Assembly (NCBI GenBank): GCA_965227835.1
Contig: OZ245768.1
Coordinates: 240,001 to 272,000, forward strand
DNA from: Candidatus Saccharimonadota bacterium
Lineage (GTDB): Bacteria > Patescibacteriota > Gracilibacteria > BD1-5 > UBA6164
Direction: 5' to 3'
Length of the DNA: 32,000 nt
Shown in pieces: positions 1 to 9,242 of the stretch. Within the stretch, counting starts at the first letter, position 1, and the number at the start of each line of letters is the position of its first letter. Position numbers and translations under genes: made by a program. The notes under the pieces were generated by a model. It was given only the letters and a program-made list of their open reading frames with translations, did no database searches and was not told the DNA's origin.

Positions 1-194
1 ATTTGCTAAATTGAGTTGATTTTCAAGATGGTTTACTTTCTATATTTGGACATATACATAGGTCTATGAATGATAGCTATATAGTTGATTGAAAAACTGT
101 AAATTTTTTGTCTTTTCGAAGAGAAGAGGGTTAACAAGGTTTTTAAAAAATATTTTTACTTGCATTAATGGGAAAAAAATGTATATATCTATAT

Positions 195-1479
195 CTCAAA
201 ACTACCCACTTTTTATAAAATCGACATATGAGAATAAGGATAACTGAGGGAAATGTAGGTTGTTTTTATTATTTAAATTTTTAATATGTTTTTTAGGAGG
301 TTTATACAACTTTGTTAAACAATAAGATATAAATTTAACAATAGAATTAGAATTCATAGTTATTCATCGAGATTTTGTATAATCTCTAAATCTAGATTTA
401 AATCTAGAAGAAAGTATAAACCTCTGATTCTCACAAAAAGAATTATTCTTTTTATATATAGTCCTAGTCAAAGCCATAGCCAACTGTATAGTAGAAACAA
501 AATTTTTAAATACTATTAAACTCTTAGCTTGAAGTTTCTCAAGCTGAAACTCCTGCTTCATAGTTTTAAATATTGTCTCTATTTCCCGTCTTTGTTTATA
601 TTCTTCTATATCTGTTTTTCTTGAATTTGATAATATCCTCATTGGTTCAGGAAATTTAGGATTTGATTTAATATGAAGATATATTGATTCATTAACTGAA
701 TTAATTCTTACCTTATGAACTCAATCTTTAAATTCCTTTAATTTCAAATATTTATTGGTTTTTAAATCAAAATATATCCTATTCTTTTTAGCTCTTATTA
801 TCCATCTATTTACACTATTATTTAAAAACTCTATATATGATGCTATATCATATCAAGCATCATATACATATATTCACTTTCATTTAGTATAATCTTCTAC
901 TTTTTTAATTAATTTTCAAAAATATTCAGATTTAAATTTATTAGTTAAATCTTCATACTCAAGTATTACAGGAATTCAATTTATACTTACTCAATGATAC
1001 ATATATCAAGAAACTATATTTCAAGTACTTCAATCTCTTACTTTAGATAAATTTTCTAGCTTCTTTGAGTATTGTTTTGCTATATCAACTTCATCAAAAA
1101 CTATATAATCATTTTTATTTATTTTTCATAACATAGAAAAACATCTTTTTTCTACTTTTAGGTTAAAATTTTTAAAACTATCTTTTTCAAAGAAATGTTT
1201 TATTTTTTCACTCATTTTGTTAGGATTTTTATATTTTCAAAATCATAATTTGTTCATTATTGTTGTTCTTAGCTTTATTATATCTCAAAAAAACTCTTTA
1301 ATAAATCTTTTATCATTTTTGCATTCATATTTCATTAAATATCATAGTTCTTTGTTTATTATTTTTTGTATTTCTTGCATAAAAAAAAGTAATAATAATA
1401 TATTACTTCAATTATTAGATTATCCCCTCTGTCAAGCTTTTTTTAGACTTTTTTATTAAAAAAACTGGGGAGTTTTGAG
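195..1479 (-). mobile_element. IS-A copy 1 (IS4-superfamily-like insertion sequence), 1285 bp, intact
   Basis: Imperfect terminal inverted repeats (IRs): CTCAAAACTACCCACTTTTTATAAAA at 195 and the reverse complement of CTCAAAACTCCCCAGTTTTTTTAATAAAA ending at 1479. A 6-bp direct target duplication CTATAT lies at 189-194 and 1480-1485. Near-identical copies occur at 23346-25840 and 30894 to the window end. Confidence 0.85.
202..1215 (-). CDS. IS-A DDE transposase (337 aa when UGA=Gly)
   Basis: The minus strand is open from ATG 1215 to TAG 202 when TGA is read as a sense codon. The stop lies inside the terminal IR. The track ORF 364-642 is the in-frame C-terminal piece. Motifs: VFDEVDIAK, YVYDAGYD and YKQRREIETIFKTMKQEF (DDE plus the Y-R-E-K signature). 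No SD. Confidence 0.8.
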
Positions 1480-1605
1480 CTATATAGTTTATAAAAGTAA
1501 AAATATTTTTGTATATGAGTTTTGGATTATTATAATCTGTAAACAAAATTTAGTTTTTATAAACTATAGTACCCTCGTTCATTAAAACAAAAAGGAGTTT
1601 ATATT

Positions 1606-2115
1606 ATGACTTTATCACTAAATTTAGATCAAGAAGTCAAAAAGATGCAACTTAGATATAATATGTCTAAGATTTTTAGATATTTGCCTTTAGTTATAAT
1701 AGGATTAAGTGCTTTTTCTTTTCTATTAATGACTGTAAATATCTTCCTACTTTTTTTCTTCAACTACTCTTTGATAGGAGAGTATGTTATTTATTCTATA
1801 GAACCTCAAATAATTTTATGTATTTTGTCTACAATTATTATATATTATGGTTCTTATTGGGATAGAAAAACAATATTAATGGTAAATGCTTTATATCGAA
1901 GTTTCTTAGGACAGCTGGTATTTAAAAAAATCAAAGCTACAAGTAAGCAACTGGAAAATATAAGAAAAATAATAATTTGTAAACATCCATTTTTATTTGA
2001 AGGAGAAATAGCTTCAAAAAAAATTTGTTCTTACTCTAATATTATAGGTATGTTTACAATTTTGATGCCATCTATAAATGTCTTACTAGTTGCACTAACT
2101 ATGTATCTAATGTAG
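1606..2115 (+). CDS. hypothetical multi-pass membrane protein (169 aa), UGA-free, SD-led
   Basis: Uninterrupted ORF even in the standard code. AAAGGAG at 1591-1597 lies 8 nt before the ATG. About 3 hydrophobic helices. All 6 Gly codons are GGN. TAG stop, followed by the hairpin CCCCG-GCCTGAAGGCA-CGGGG plus a T-run at 2173-2200. Confidence 0.7.
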   Translation: MTLSLNLDQEVKKMQLRYNMSKIFRYLPLVIIGLSAFSFLLMTVNIFLLFFFNYSLIGEYVIYSIEPQIILCILSTIIIYYGSYWDRKTILMVNALYRSFLGQLVFKKIKATSKQLENIRKIIICKHPFLFEGEIASKKICSYSNIIGMFTILMPSINVLLVALTMYLM

Positions 2116-2159
2116 TTTTAAAAACCCTTGTTCTATTAAAAAATAGAGTAAAAAAGTTT

Positions 2160-2740
2160 TAGCTTTTCTTCTACCCCGGCCTGAAGGCACGGGGCTTTTA
2201 TTTGTACTGAAATTTAAAGCTCTATCTCTTCAATCTTATTCTCTTCTTCTCACTGTTGTTCCACATAATTAGATATTATTTCTCAATTTATCTCTCATAC
2301 ACTAGATACAAAATATCATACTCACCATATATTTCATGTCTTCCAATACCATCTCTTAATTTCTTTGTAAAAATAGCTCTTTATTGCCTTAGAACTTTCT
2401 CTCTTTATATGTCATACTATTGTAGATATTGGTTTAGTTAACGGTATCCTACAATACATATGTACATGATCTTCTTCCATTCATATCTTTATTATTATTA
2501 CTCATAGCTTTTTACTTATTCATCTTATGATCTTTTCCAATCTATCTTGTATCTCTTTTGTCATGAATGGATTTCTGTATTTTGTTATCCATACTATATG
2601 GTATCTGACATCATATGTCGCATGACTACTTTTTTGGTATTTCATTCTCTCTAGTGTTAGTTTTTAACACTATTTTATTTATTCTATTGATTTTTTACAC
2701 TTTTTTCTTTAGAATCGGCCTGAAGGCAACGGGGTTTAAA
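2160..2740 (-). mobile_element. IS200/IS605-family element no. 1 (tnpA only); boundaries approximate
   Basis: The Y1 transposase gene is flanked by two related subterminal hairpins: CCCCGGCCTGAAGGCACGGGG at 2173-2193 and CGGCCTGAAGGCAACGGGG at 2705-2724. There are no terminal IRs, as expected for this family. The exact ends cannot be fixed without an empty site. Confidence 0.6.
2214..2645 (-). CDS. tnpA: IS200/IS605 family Y1 (HUH) transposase TnpA, 143 aa
   Basis: Translation with UGA=Gly: MKYQKSSHATYDVRYHIVWITKYRNPFMTKEIQDRLEKIIRGISKKLGVIIIKIGMEEDHVHMYCRIPLTKPISTIVGHIKRESSKAIKSYFYKEIKRWYWKTGNIWGVGYFVSSVGEINGEIISNYVEQQGEEENKIEEIEL. It carries the family motifs YHIVW.TKYR, HVH and GYFVSSVG. 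Confidence 0.85.
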
Positions 2741-2896
2741 ACCCTATGTCACAACACATCTCATTTATTCAATTTCTATCACTTACACCTTCGGTGTCTT
2801 AACTATCTAAAGATAGGGGTTTTTATCCCGATGTGTTGAAATAAATTTGACTAATTTTGAATAATTCTATAAATTAATTAAATCAGTTTTAGGTTT

Positions 2897-2933
2897 AAAA
2901 AAATAGGTTGAGGTAAACCTCAACCTATTTTTC
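2897..2933. terminator. bidirectional rho-independent terminator
   Basis: An 11-bp stem ATAGGTTGAGG / CCTCAACCTAT with a TAAA loop. An A-run lies on the left and a T-run on the right. It sits between the convergent ORFs 1606-2115 (+) and 3051-3359 (-). Confidence 0.6.
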
Positions 2934-3050
2934 TATCAACTCCTTTTTGTATTAATTTTATATAAGAAAATCCTAACAATTAAGATAAATTTTCTAAAAA
3001 GATATAAAAATTTTGCCTCTTTTTTAATAATTATATCTTTGGTAAAATAT

Positions 3051-3359
3051 CTATTTATTGGAATAATACTTCCATGCAAATTTAGCTAAAAAGAAAGTAC
3101 AAACGGCAAATATTAAAAAGTATGTAAAACTTGAAAGAATATATGCTAAGACTATCCCTATTAAATATCCTATAAATAAAGAATATTTTTTCTTAACTAT
3201 AAAATAGTCTAAAACAAGTACAATTAATCCAAAGAATATTAGTCCAATAAGATTAAAAAAAACTAAGAATAAAGCTCCTAAAAATAAGCCCCCAAAAAAA
3301 GTATCTGATAAATCTATGTTTTTCTTAATACTACCTATAGTTTTGAGTAAAGAATCCAT
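3051..3359 (-). CDS. hypothetical small membrane protein (102 aa), UGA-free, SD-led
   Basis: AGGAGG at 3367-3372 (minus strand) lies 7 nt upstream of ATG 3359. Sequence begins MDSLLKTIGSIKK, followed by about 3 TM helices. All 8 Gly codons are GGN. TAG stop. The track ORF extends to 3428, but that upstream extension has no ribosome-binding site (RBS). Confidence 0.6.
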   Translation of the reverse strand: MDSLLKTIGSIKKNIDLSDTFFGGLFLGALFLVFFNLIGLIFFGLIVLVLDYFIVKKKYSLFIGYLIGIVLAYILSSFTYFLIFAVCTFFLAKFAWKYYSNK

Positions 3360-3523
3360 AATTTCTCCTCCTGAAAATGTTAATGAAAAATTTGAAAAAT
3401 AGCTTATATCATAAAATTTATGAGGCAAAGATATACTATTATTTCAAAGTAATAGTAATTTTATATAAGTTATAACAAATGTCAACAAAAAATTTTATTT
3501 ACATTTTTTACTTACCCACCATC

Positions 3524-3563
3524 AAAAAAAAACACCAAACTAGGCTTATTTGGTGTTTTTTAT
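3524..3563. terminator. bidirectional rho-independent terminator
   Basis: Stem AACACCAAA / TTTGGTGTT (3531-3539 / 3549-3557), flanked by an A-run and a T-run. It lies downstream of the minus-strand gene ending at 3591. Confidence 0.6.
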
Positions 3564-3590
3564 TTATTTCAATAAAAAGCTATTATATAC

Positions 3591-3953
3591 TTATGCAACC
3601 AAGGCATAATTTCAATCATTATATCAATTCTCTCCCCCTAAAGTAACCGTTCTTCAAGGAGAACCAAAAGTGCTACTAGGAGTTTCTCTATTTTCAACAA
3701 TACCTAATCATTGATTATGATTATTATCTCTTAATCAAAGATAATTTAATTGCTCTCTAAGAATAGCTCAGGGTCTTGCTCAAAGTTTTCTAGCTAAATC
3801 TGTAGCATCTGACTGCCCATCTACAAAATCAGAGAAGTCTCATCATCTATCATCTAATATTTCTGCAACATCTTGATTTACTCATGATTGAGTTAAATGT
3901 GCTTTATGTTCTGGATTACTTTGAAGTAATAATTTTTTGTTTGTTGTATTCAT
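3591..3953 (-). CDS. hypothetical protein (120 aa, UGA=Gly)
   Basis: Open from ATG 3953 to TAA 3591 with many in-frame TGA codons. Sequence starts MNTTNKKLLLQSNPEHKAHLTQSGVNQDVAEILDDRGGDFSDFVDGQSD. I recognise no family. It lies directly downstream of the M23 peptidase gene. Confidence 0.5.
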
Positions 3954-3998
3954 AATATTTATAATTAATTGTTAAAATATCCTCCTTTTTTTAATTTT

Positions 3999-6416
3999 TT
4001 ATTTAAAACTTATTTTTAAGCTATTGTTTGTAGATAGTGTATTGTTTAAAACAAATGCTACCTCTCATCTAGTTATTTTCTTGTTTGGTTGGAAATAATT
4101 TTCACCAAATCTATCTTTCCAAGTTAGGGTTTCCCCAAATAGGCTATATGCCTTTTTGTTCAAATCTGAATCTAAATCTTTATAGTCTCTAAGTCATCAA
4201 GGACTAATATCATCTAAGATTAAATATTTGTATGATCGTCTCAGGAACTCTTCTCTATTTAAAGTCTGATTTTTAGAATTTGGTTCTCTTGATAGAAGAG
4301 ACAGATTTTGTGTTACTTTATTTTTTAGTGATATATCGTTTGTGTTTAGTTTAATCTTGGTCAAAGCATTTCTCATCCACATATTGGAGTCATATTGACT
4401 TATGAAACGATCTTCCAAGAAATATCATCTGGATCAATTTGTAGCTATATCATTTTTAAGTACTTTTATAACATCATCTTTGTAAGCATAACTACTATCT
4501 AAACCTTTTGGGTTACTTACAACAAGTTTTTTCTCTGCTAATTTTTCATTGTTATAAGTATTTATTATTTCTATCTTTGCATCACCTCCTGTAGACCTAT
4601 AATCAAAGAGTAGTATTCAGGCAACTGTATCCGCATAGTCAAACTCAATTTCCTTTTGATATTCTCACAAGTTGCAAGTTCTCTTATAAATTCTTGAAAG
4701 GTTTTTTAATATTCCCTTTTTTATACAAACCTGTGTATCTCATATTCATTTTAGCTTATATGTTCATGAATATTTAACATTTATAAGTCTCTTTTTTATA
4801 TCATCTCTAAACATTGCTATTCATTTAACACTATCCGCTAATACTACTTTTGAATTTCAATATATTATTCAAGATTCTGGATATATCTTCTCATCTTTGG
4901 AATAAACTCTAATTTTGTATGTTTTTATTGTTTTACTACCAAACTTAATTGTTACATTTGTAGTTCAAGATTTTTTTCATGTAAGGTATATATCTCTCTT
5001 ACCATCAGTGAAGTTATAGAATTTCTTAGGGAATACTTCAAGTATTGATTCATCAGCTATAATTGCTATATCCAGAGGAGTATTTCATCTAAAAGGCTTG
5101 TTTTTGTATTTCTTGTTAATAGAGAATTCTATTTTTGATCTAGTTCCTTGTTTGATATTTCCTCAAATATTTTTTAAGTCTAGGTCAAACTCATAATTTC
5201 TAATAAAGTTTTCATATTCTCTAGCTTCTATTTGTTCTCTGGTCATTATATTCTTTCTTTCTATTTTCTTAGTTTTTGTAGTAGTTTTAGAATCTTCAAC
5301 CAGTACATAGTTGTGTTTTTTACCTGATGCTAGGAATTTGTCATAATCTTTTTTCATAGAAGATCTAGTTTTTGGTCAGAACCATCAAGCACCTGGTGTG
5401 GATTTATTTTGTACAATAGAGTTTTTGATTTGATAATCATATACTATATTTTCTATATCTCTATAATCTCAAGTTAATTCTCAATCATATAGTTCTAAAT
5501 CTCTAAGTACTTGTTGGACTAATCTTACATCTCATGAAGGGTATCAAACATAAACTGTTCTATCAAATATAGATGTATTTACAGTATCTATAGTTTTTGT
5601 ATTATTTGAGTTATTATCATCTTTTACTGTTACTTTTTCTACTTTGTATTCAGGGTTTTTAAGTTCTTTTAGTATTTTTCATTCTGTTTCTAAAAATAGT
5701 AATGGATCAACTGTATTTGCTTCTAGTTCATCAAAACAAACTCAATTTTCTGTTATTTCATTGTAAGAATAAGGACAAGTTTTACTATCATAATAATATG
5801 GATGAAATGGAGTGTCTAAATCAATTTGTAAGTGAAGATGATTTCATGTAGAATTTCAAGTATTTCACAGTGTTCAAAGCTTTTCTCAAGCTTCTAGCTT
5901 ATCTCATACTTTTACACTAATTTCATCTAAGTGTGCATAGTTACTAAAAACTTTTTTACCATACATATAATGTTCTACTGTAACTACATTTCACCAACCT
6001 AGTGCTTTTTTTGCAACTATTACTTTTCAGTCAGATATAGAATAAACTGGAGTACCTCTAGATGAAGCTATATCAGTTCATCAGTGTCAACCATATCATA
6101 CATCCCAACCATATTTATAACTAGCTCACCAAAGTACGGTATAATATCTAGTATAATCGTTGTAACCTCATCCTTTTTTTACATATTTGGAATAGTCTTT
6201 TGTTTTTAATATAGGTAGATTTTGCTTACAATCACTTTTCAGACTATCAAAGTCTGTATACCTACATTCAAGTTTTGAAACTTTTTTCAAAGGATATACT
6301 ATTTCAGGGGAATTATTAGCTCTTGATACAAGTCAAAGAGGGAATATATTTGAAATAATAAATATTGCTATAAATAGTTTCAAAACAAGTTTATTTAAGT
6401 TTTTTGTTTTTTGCAT
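3999..6416 (-). CDS. secreted M23/LytM-family metallopeptidase with a PG_binding_1-like domain and a long C-terminal region (805 aa)
   Basis: A single frame runs from ATG 6416 to TAA 3999 when TGA is sense. The track ORFs 5163-5357 and 4197-4418 are both in this frame. There is an N-terminal hydrophobic signal (KLVLKLFIAIFIISNIF). M23 motifs: HGGTDIASSRGTPVYSISDGKVI, NVVTVEH, YAHLDEISVKVGDKLEAGEKLGTLGNTGNSTGNHLHLQID. Peptidoglycan-binding-like segment: GDVRLVQQVLRDLELYDGELTGDYRDIENIVYDYQIKNSIV...GWFGPKTR. Confidence 0.85.
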
Positions 6417-7029
6417 AATAACTTTATTTTTGAAATAAATTTTTAAAAGTTATTATCCTGTATATAATCACGATGTATTAGAATTTTATTGCCTAGAATC
6501 TAAGAATCGTTTTTTTAATTATTACATTTAATATTTCTGCCAAAATACTTATAATGTTTCTATTTAAAGGTATATACAAAATATTTGACTTTTAATTTTT
6601 TATATACTTAATTTATTTTCTTGTGCACATATTACAACACAGAAATATAAACTTGTCAAATATTATATTTATTTTATAAATATGTTTTGAAATTAAAAAA
6701 TGACTCTTCCCTATCTGTTGAGAAAAATCAATTAATTTAATTAATAAAATATATTTACTTAATGTCAATATTATTGTATAATTAAATTATACAATAGCAA
6801 AGTATATTAGTCAATAGTTTAAAAATTTAATAAAAAAGAAGTAAAAACTAAAAATAATTTCCTCCTATACCCTTTTCCAGATACTATTTTACCCCCTATG
6901 TTTTATTCTCTCTATTCTATATCCCTTCTGTTCTATCCCCTACTATAAGAAACATTAAATAAAAAGATGGAATAAATGTTAATTATATATAGAGTATTAT
7001 GAAGAAAATCAAGTGAGATAGAGAGTGAA

Positions 7030-7345
7030 TGTCCACTCTCCTCCAAAGGAGAGGGTTAGGGTGAGGGTAAGTTGGAGAGGGTTAGGGTGAGGTATTGGTC
7101 GGCTTAGTGTTAGAGCTTTACGGAAAAAGCTAGGTTAAACTGTATGGAGTAAAGTCTTAGTAGAGTTAGAATGAAATCTGCTCTACTCCCCTCTCCTCTA
7201 AGGAGAGGGGCTGGGGGTGAGGTTGAGATGTAGAGGGTTAGGGTGAGGTTGAGAGGATCTATAGTGAGGTTGAGCCGAAGAAGGTTAGGATGAAGGCTGA
7301 GGGTTAGGGTGAGGGCTTGCTCGAAGAGGGTTAGGGTGAAGTCTC
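7030..7345 (+). repeat. G-rich hairpin and 16-mer repeat island (non-coding)
   Basis: GAGGGTTAGGGTGAGG occurs at 7051, 7077, 7233 and 7299, with a 15/16 copy at 7326, plus degenerate copies (GAAGGTTAGGATGAAGG at 7279; GGGGCTGGGGGTGAGGTTGAG at 7207). There are two hairpins: CTCTCC-TCCAAA-GGAGAG (7036-7053) and CCCCTCTCCT-CTA-AGGAGAGGGG (7187-7210). Local GC is roughly twice the background. Stops occur in all frames. Confidence 0.8.
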
Positions 7346-7415
7346 GCTCGGATCAAGATTAGTACTCAAATTAAAATTAACTTTTGGTTTAAAATTATTA
7401 AATACTTGTTTTCTT

Positions 7416-8192
7416 ATGTATATATTTGAATTTACCATTTTTTGAGTACATATAGCTCCTAGTTATTATTGATTAATGTATTTGTTGGGATTTTTAGCCT
7501 GATTTTATATAATAAAAAAAAGAATAGAGTTTGCTTTTAAGACTAAAAATTGAGGTAAGATACAGGAGAAAAAAGCAAAAGAATTACTGGATGATTTATT
7601 GATATATTTGGTATTAGGGGTAATACTATGATGAAGAATTTGATATATATTGTTTTATAATTTCAGCTGGTATTTAGAAAATCCTTTAAATATATTGAAA
7701 ATATGGGAATGAGGGATGAGTTTTCATTGATGACTAATATGAGTTGCCTTGGCTCTTTTTTTATTTAGCAAAAAAAATAAAGTTAATTTTTATTCTTTAG
7801 CTGATCATATAGCACTTGTTGCTCCTATTTGAATAGGTTTGGGTAGAATATGAAATTATTTAAATAAAGAATTGCTGGGTTTTTATCCATATTATTGACC
7901 TTTTAATGTAGATTGAAGATTTCCCTCTCCTTTACTTGAAATGTTTTTAGAATGAGTTGTTTTGTTTATTATTTTAAATTGGGTTTATAGAAACAAAAAA
8001 CTAGCCACAGGTCAGATAGCTAGTCTTTTTTTGATTTTGTATTGAGTGTTTAGAATATTTGTTGAAGTTTTTTTTAGAACTCCAGATGAACATATTTGAT
8101 ATATATGGGGTTATTTTACTTTGTGAGGGATATATAGTTTTTTTATGGTTATAGTTGGAGTTTATTTTTATAGGAGGGTTTTGAGGGTTTAA
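7416..8192 (+). CDS. lgt: prolipoprotein diacylglyceryl transferase (258 aa)
   Basis: With UGA=Gly the motifs are LGVILGGRIGYILFYN, IWEGGMSFHGGLIG, PIGIGLGRIGNYLNKELLG, RFPSPLLEMFLEGVVLF and FRTPDEHIGYIWG. In-frame TGA falls on family-conserved Gly residues (for example 7830-7832 and 7851-7853 in GIGLGRIGN). No SD. Confidence 0.93.
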
Positions 8193-8609
8193 TCAAATCC
8201 TGGTTCAATTGTAGCTTTAAAAAGATAATTAATATAAATATTAAATTATAAAGCCAAAAAAATTATATTTATAAATAGATAGAAAAACAATGAAAAAAAT
8301 ATAAACATCAATAAGAAAATTAAAAGAAAAATCAATTGAAGATCAATTAATAAATGATGCAAAAGAACTTTCTAAAATGGAAGTCAATGATTTACCAAGT
8401 GAAGAAAAATGGTTAATTTTAAAAAAATAAAATCTTTTAAATTTTTCAATCTTTTGCTTTATTGTTCAAACTTTATAAGATAATAAAAAAATAGATAGCT
8501 TTATAAAGTTTTGTGAAATATATATGTTACATAGATAAAATTAGGAAAAAAGATTTAATATTAGATTCAAAACTTAAGAGTATATCTAAAAAATCTTAAT
8601 TTTGAATAA

Positions 8610-9242
8610 ATGCAAAATCTAAATAAACATACATTTTCAAACACTTTAATAGTTATATCTATAATATTTACATATATATGATATTTGCATCCATGATTTA
8701 TAGAAGAATGGTCAATAAACAATAACTATTTAAGATCATGAGAATATATACATTTTGTAATTCAGTTTTTCACAGGTACATTCTTGCATTGATGAATAAT
8801 GCATCTCCTTTTTAACTCAATATTTATTTACTATTTTTGAAACTTACTTGAAGATATACTGTGAAAAAAGAAATTTATAATATTTTTTGTTTTAGCTGTA
8901 ATTTTTAACTCAATACTTTTATCTTATTTCTCTCCTCATTCATATACCATATGAATAAGTGGATTTGTTTTAGCTGTAATTACATATTATACTCTTGAGT
9001 TAAAAAGATTGGGTGATTATGAATATAGGTGATGAATAACTGCAATTGTGATAAATCTAGCCATATGATTTTACCCTGGTGTAAGTTTTTATGGTCATAT
9101 GTTTTGAGTAGTTTTTTGAATAATATTTTTTTATTTTTCAAATGATTTCACAAAAAAACAGTTGGTTTGAATGTTTGATGAAAATATAAAAAGAAGTAAT
9201 ACAAAGAGTATTAATCCAATAAATTCAAAGAAAAATTCCTAG
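8610..9242 (+). CDS. rhomboid-family intramembrane serine protease (210 aa)
   Basis: Motifs HGGIMHLLFN, catalytic GISGFV (GxSG) and a downstream GHMFG histidine. Multiple TM segments. TGA codons at Gly positions. TAG stop at 9240-9242. Confidence 0.8.

Noticed and set aside
1-194. A short resemblance (TGGACATATACATAG at about 47-61) to the QWTYI region of the IS481-like transposase, suggesting another IS-E fragment interrupted by IS-A copy 1.
   Set aside because: The similarity is limited to about 12 nt. The flanking sequence does not align and the frame contains stops. It is most likely coincidence in AT-rich DNA.
1217-1459. 80-aa ORF repeated at 23366-23608, and the similar repeated ORFs 18137-18361 / 27192-27416 and 19467-19706 / 28516-28755.
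   Set aside because: Their repetition only reflects their location inside IS copies. The first lies in the IS-A leader region. The others are antisense to the IS-B and IS-C transposase genes. Their products are hydrophobic low-complexity translations.
2615-2839. 74-aa plus-strand ORF overlapping the IS200 no. 1 upstream region.
   Set aside because: It overlaps the tnpA start and the hairpin-rich left end of the element, has no RBS and gives a low-complexity hydrophobic product. The region is better explained as IS200 end structure.
3360-3428. The longer version of the minus-strand ORF starting at 3428 (the 125-aa version in the track).
   Set aside because: The internal ATG at 3359 is preceded by AGGAGG at ideal spacing. 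The upstream 23 codons include that SD itself and have no RBS of their own.
3954-3998. A strong SD-like AAGGAGG (3981-3987, minus strand) upstream of the 3591-3953 gene.
   Set aside because: It lies 27 nt from the ATG. Every frame between it and the ATG hits TAA, so it cannot serve a nearer alternative start. Its function, if any, is unknown.
7030-7345. CRISPR array, or real telomere-like repeats.
   Set aside because: The repeat is only 16 nt. Spacing is irregular (10 to about 140 nt) with degenerate copies. There are no cas genes. The locus is internal to a bacterial gene neighbourhood. It fits a REP-like or G-rich structured element better.
8290-8430. Small ORF MKKI-(TAA)-TSIRKLKEKSIEDQLINDAKELSKMEVNDLPSEEKWLILKK between lgt and the rhomboid gene, in one frame but with an in-frame TAA at codon 5.
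   Set aside because: There is no ATG downstream of the TAA except for a 17-codon tail, no RBS and no recognisable family. TAA read-through is unsupported. It is probably a decayed small gene or a chance ORF.
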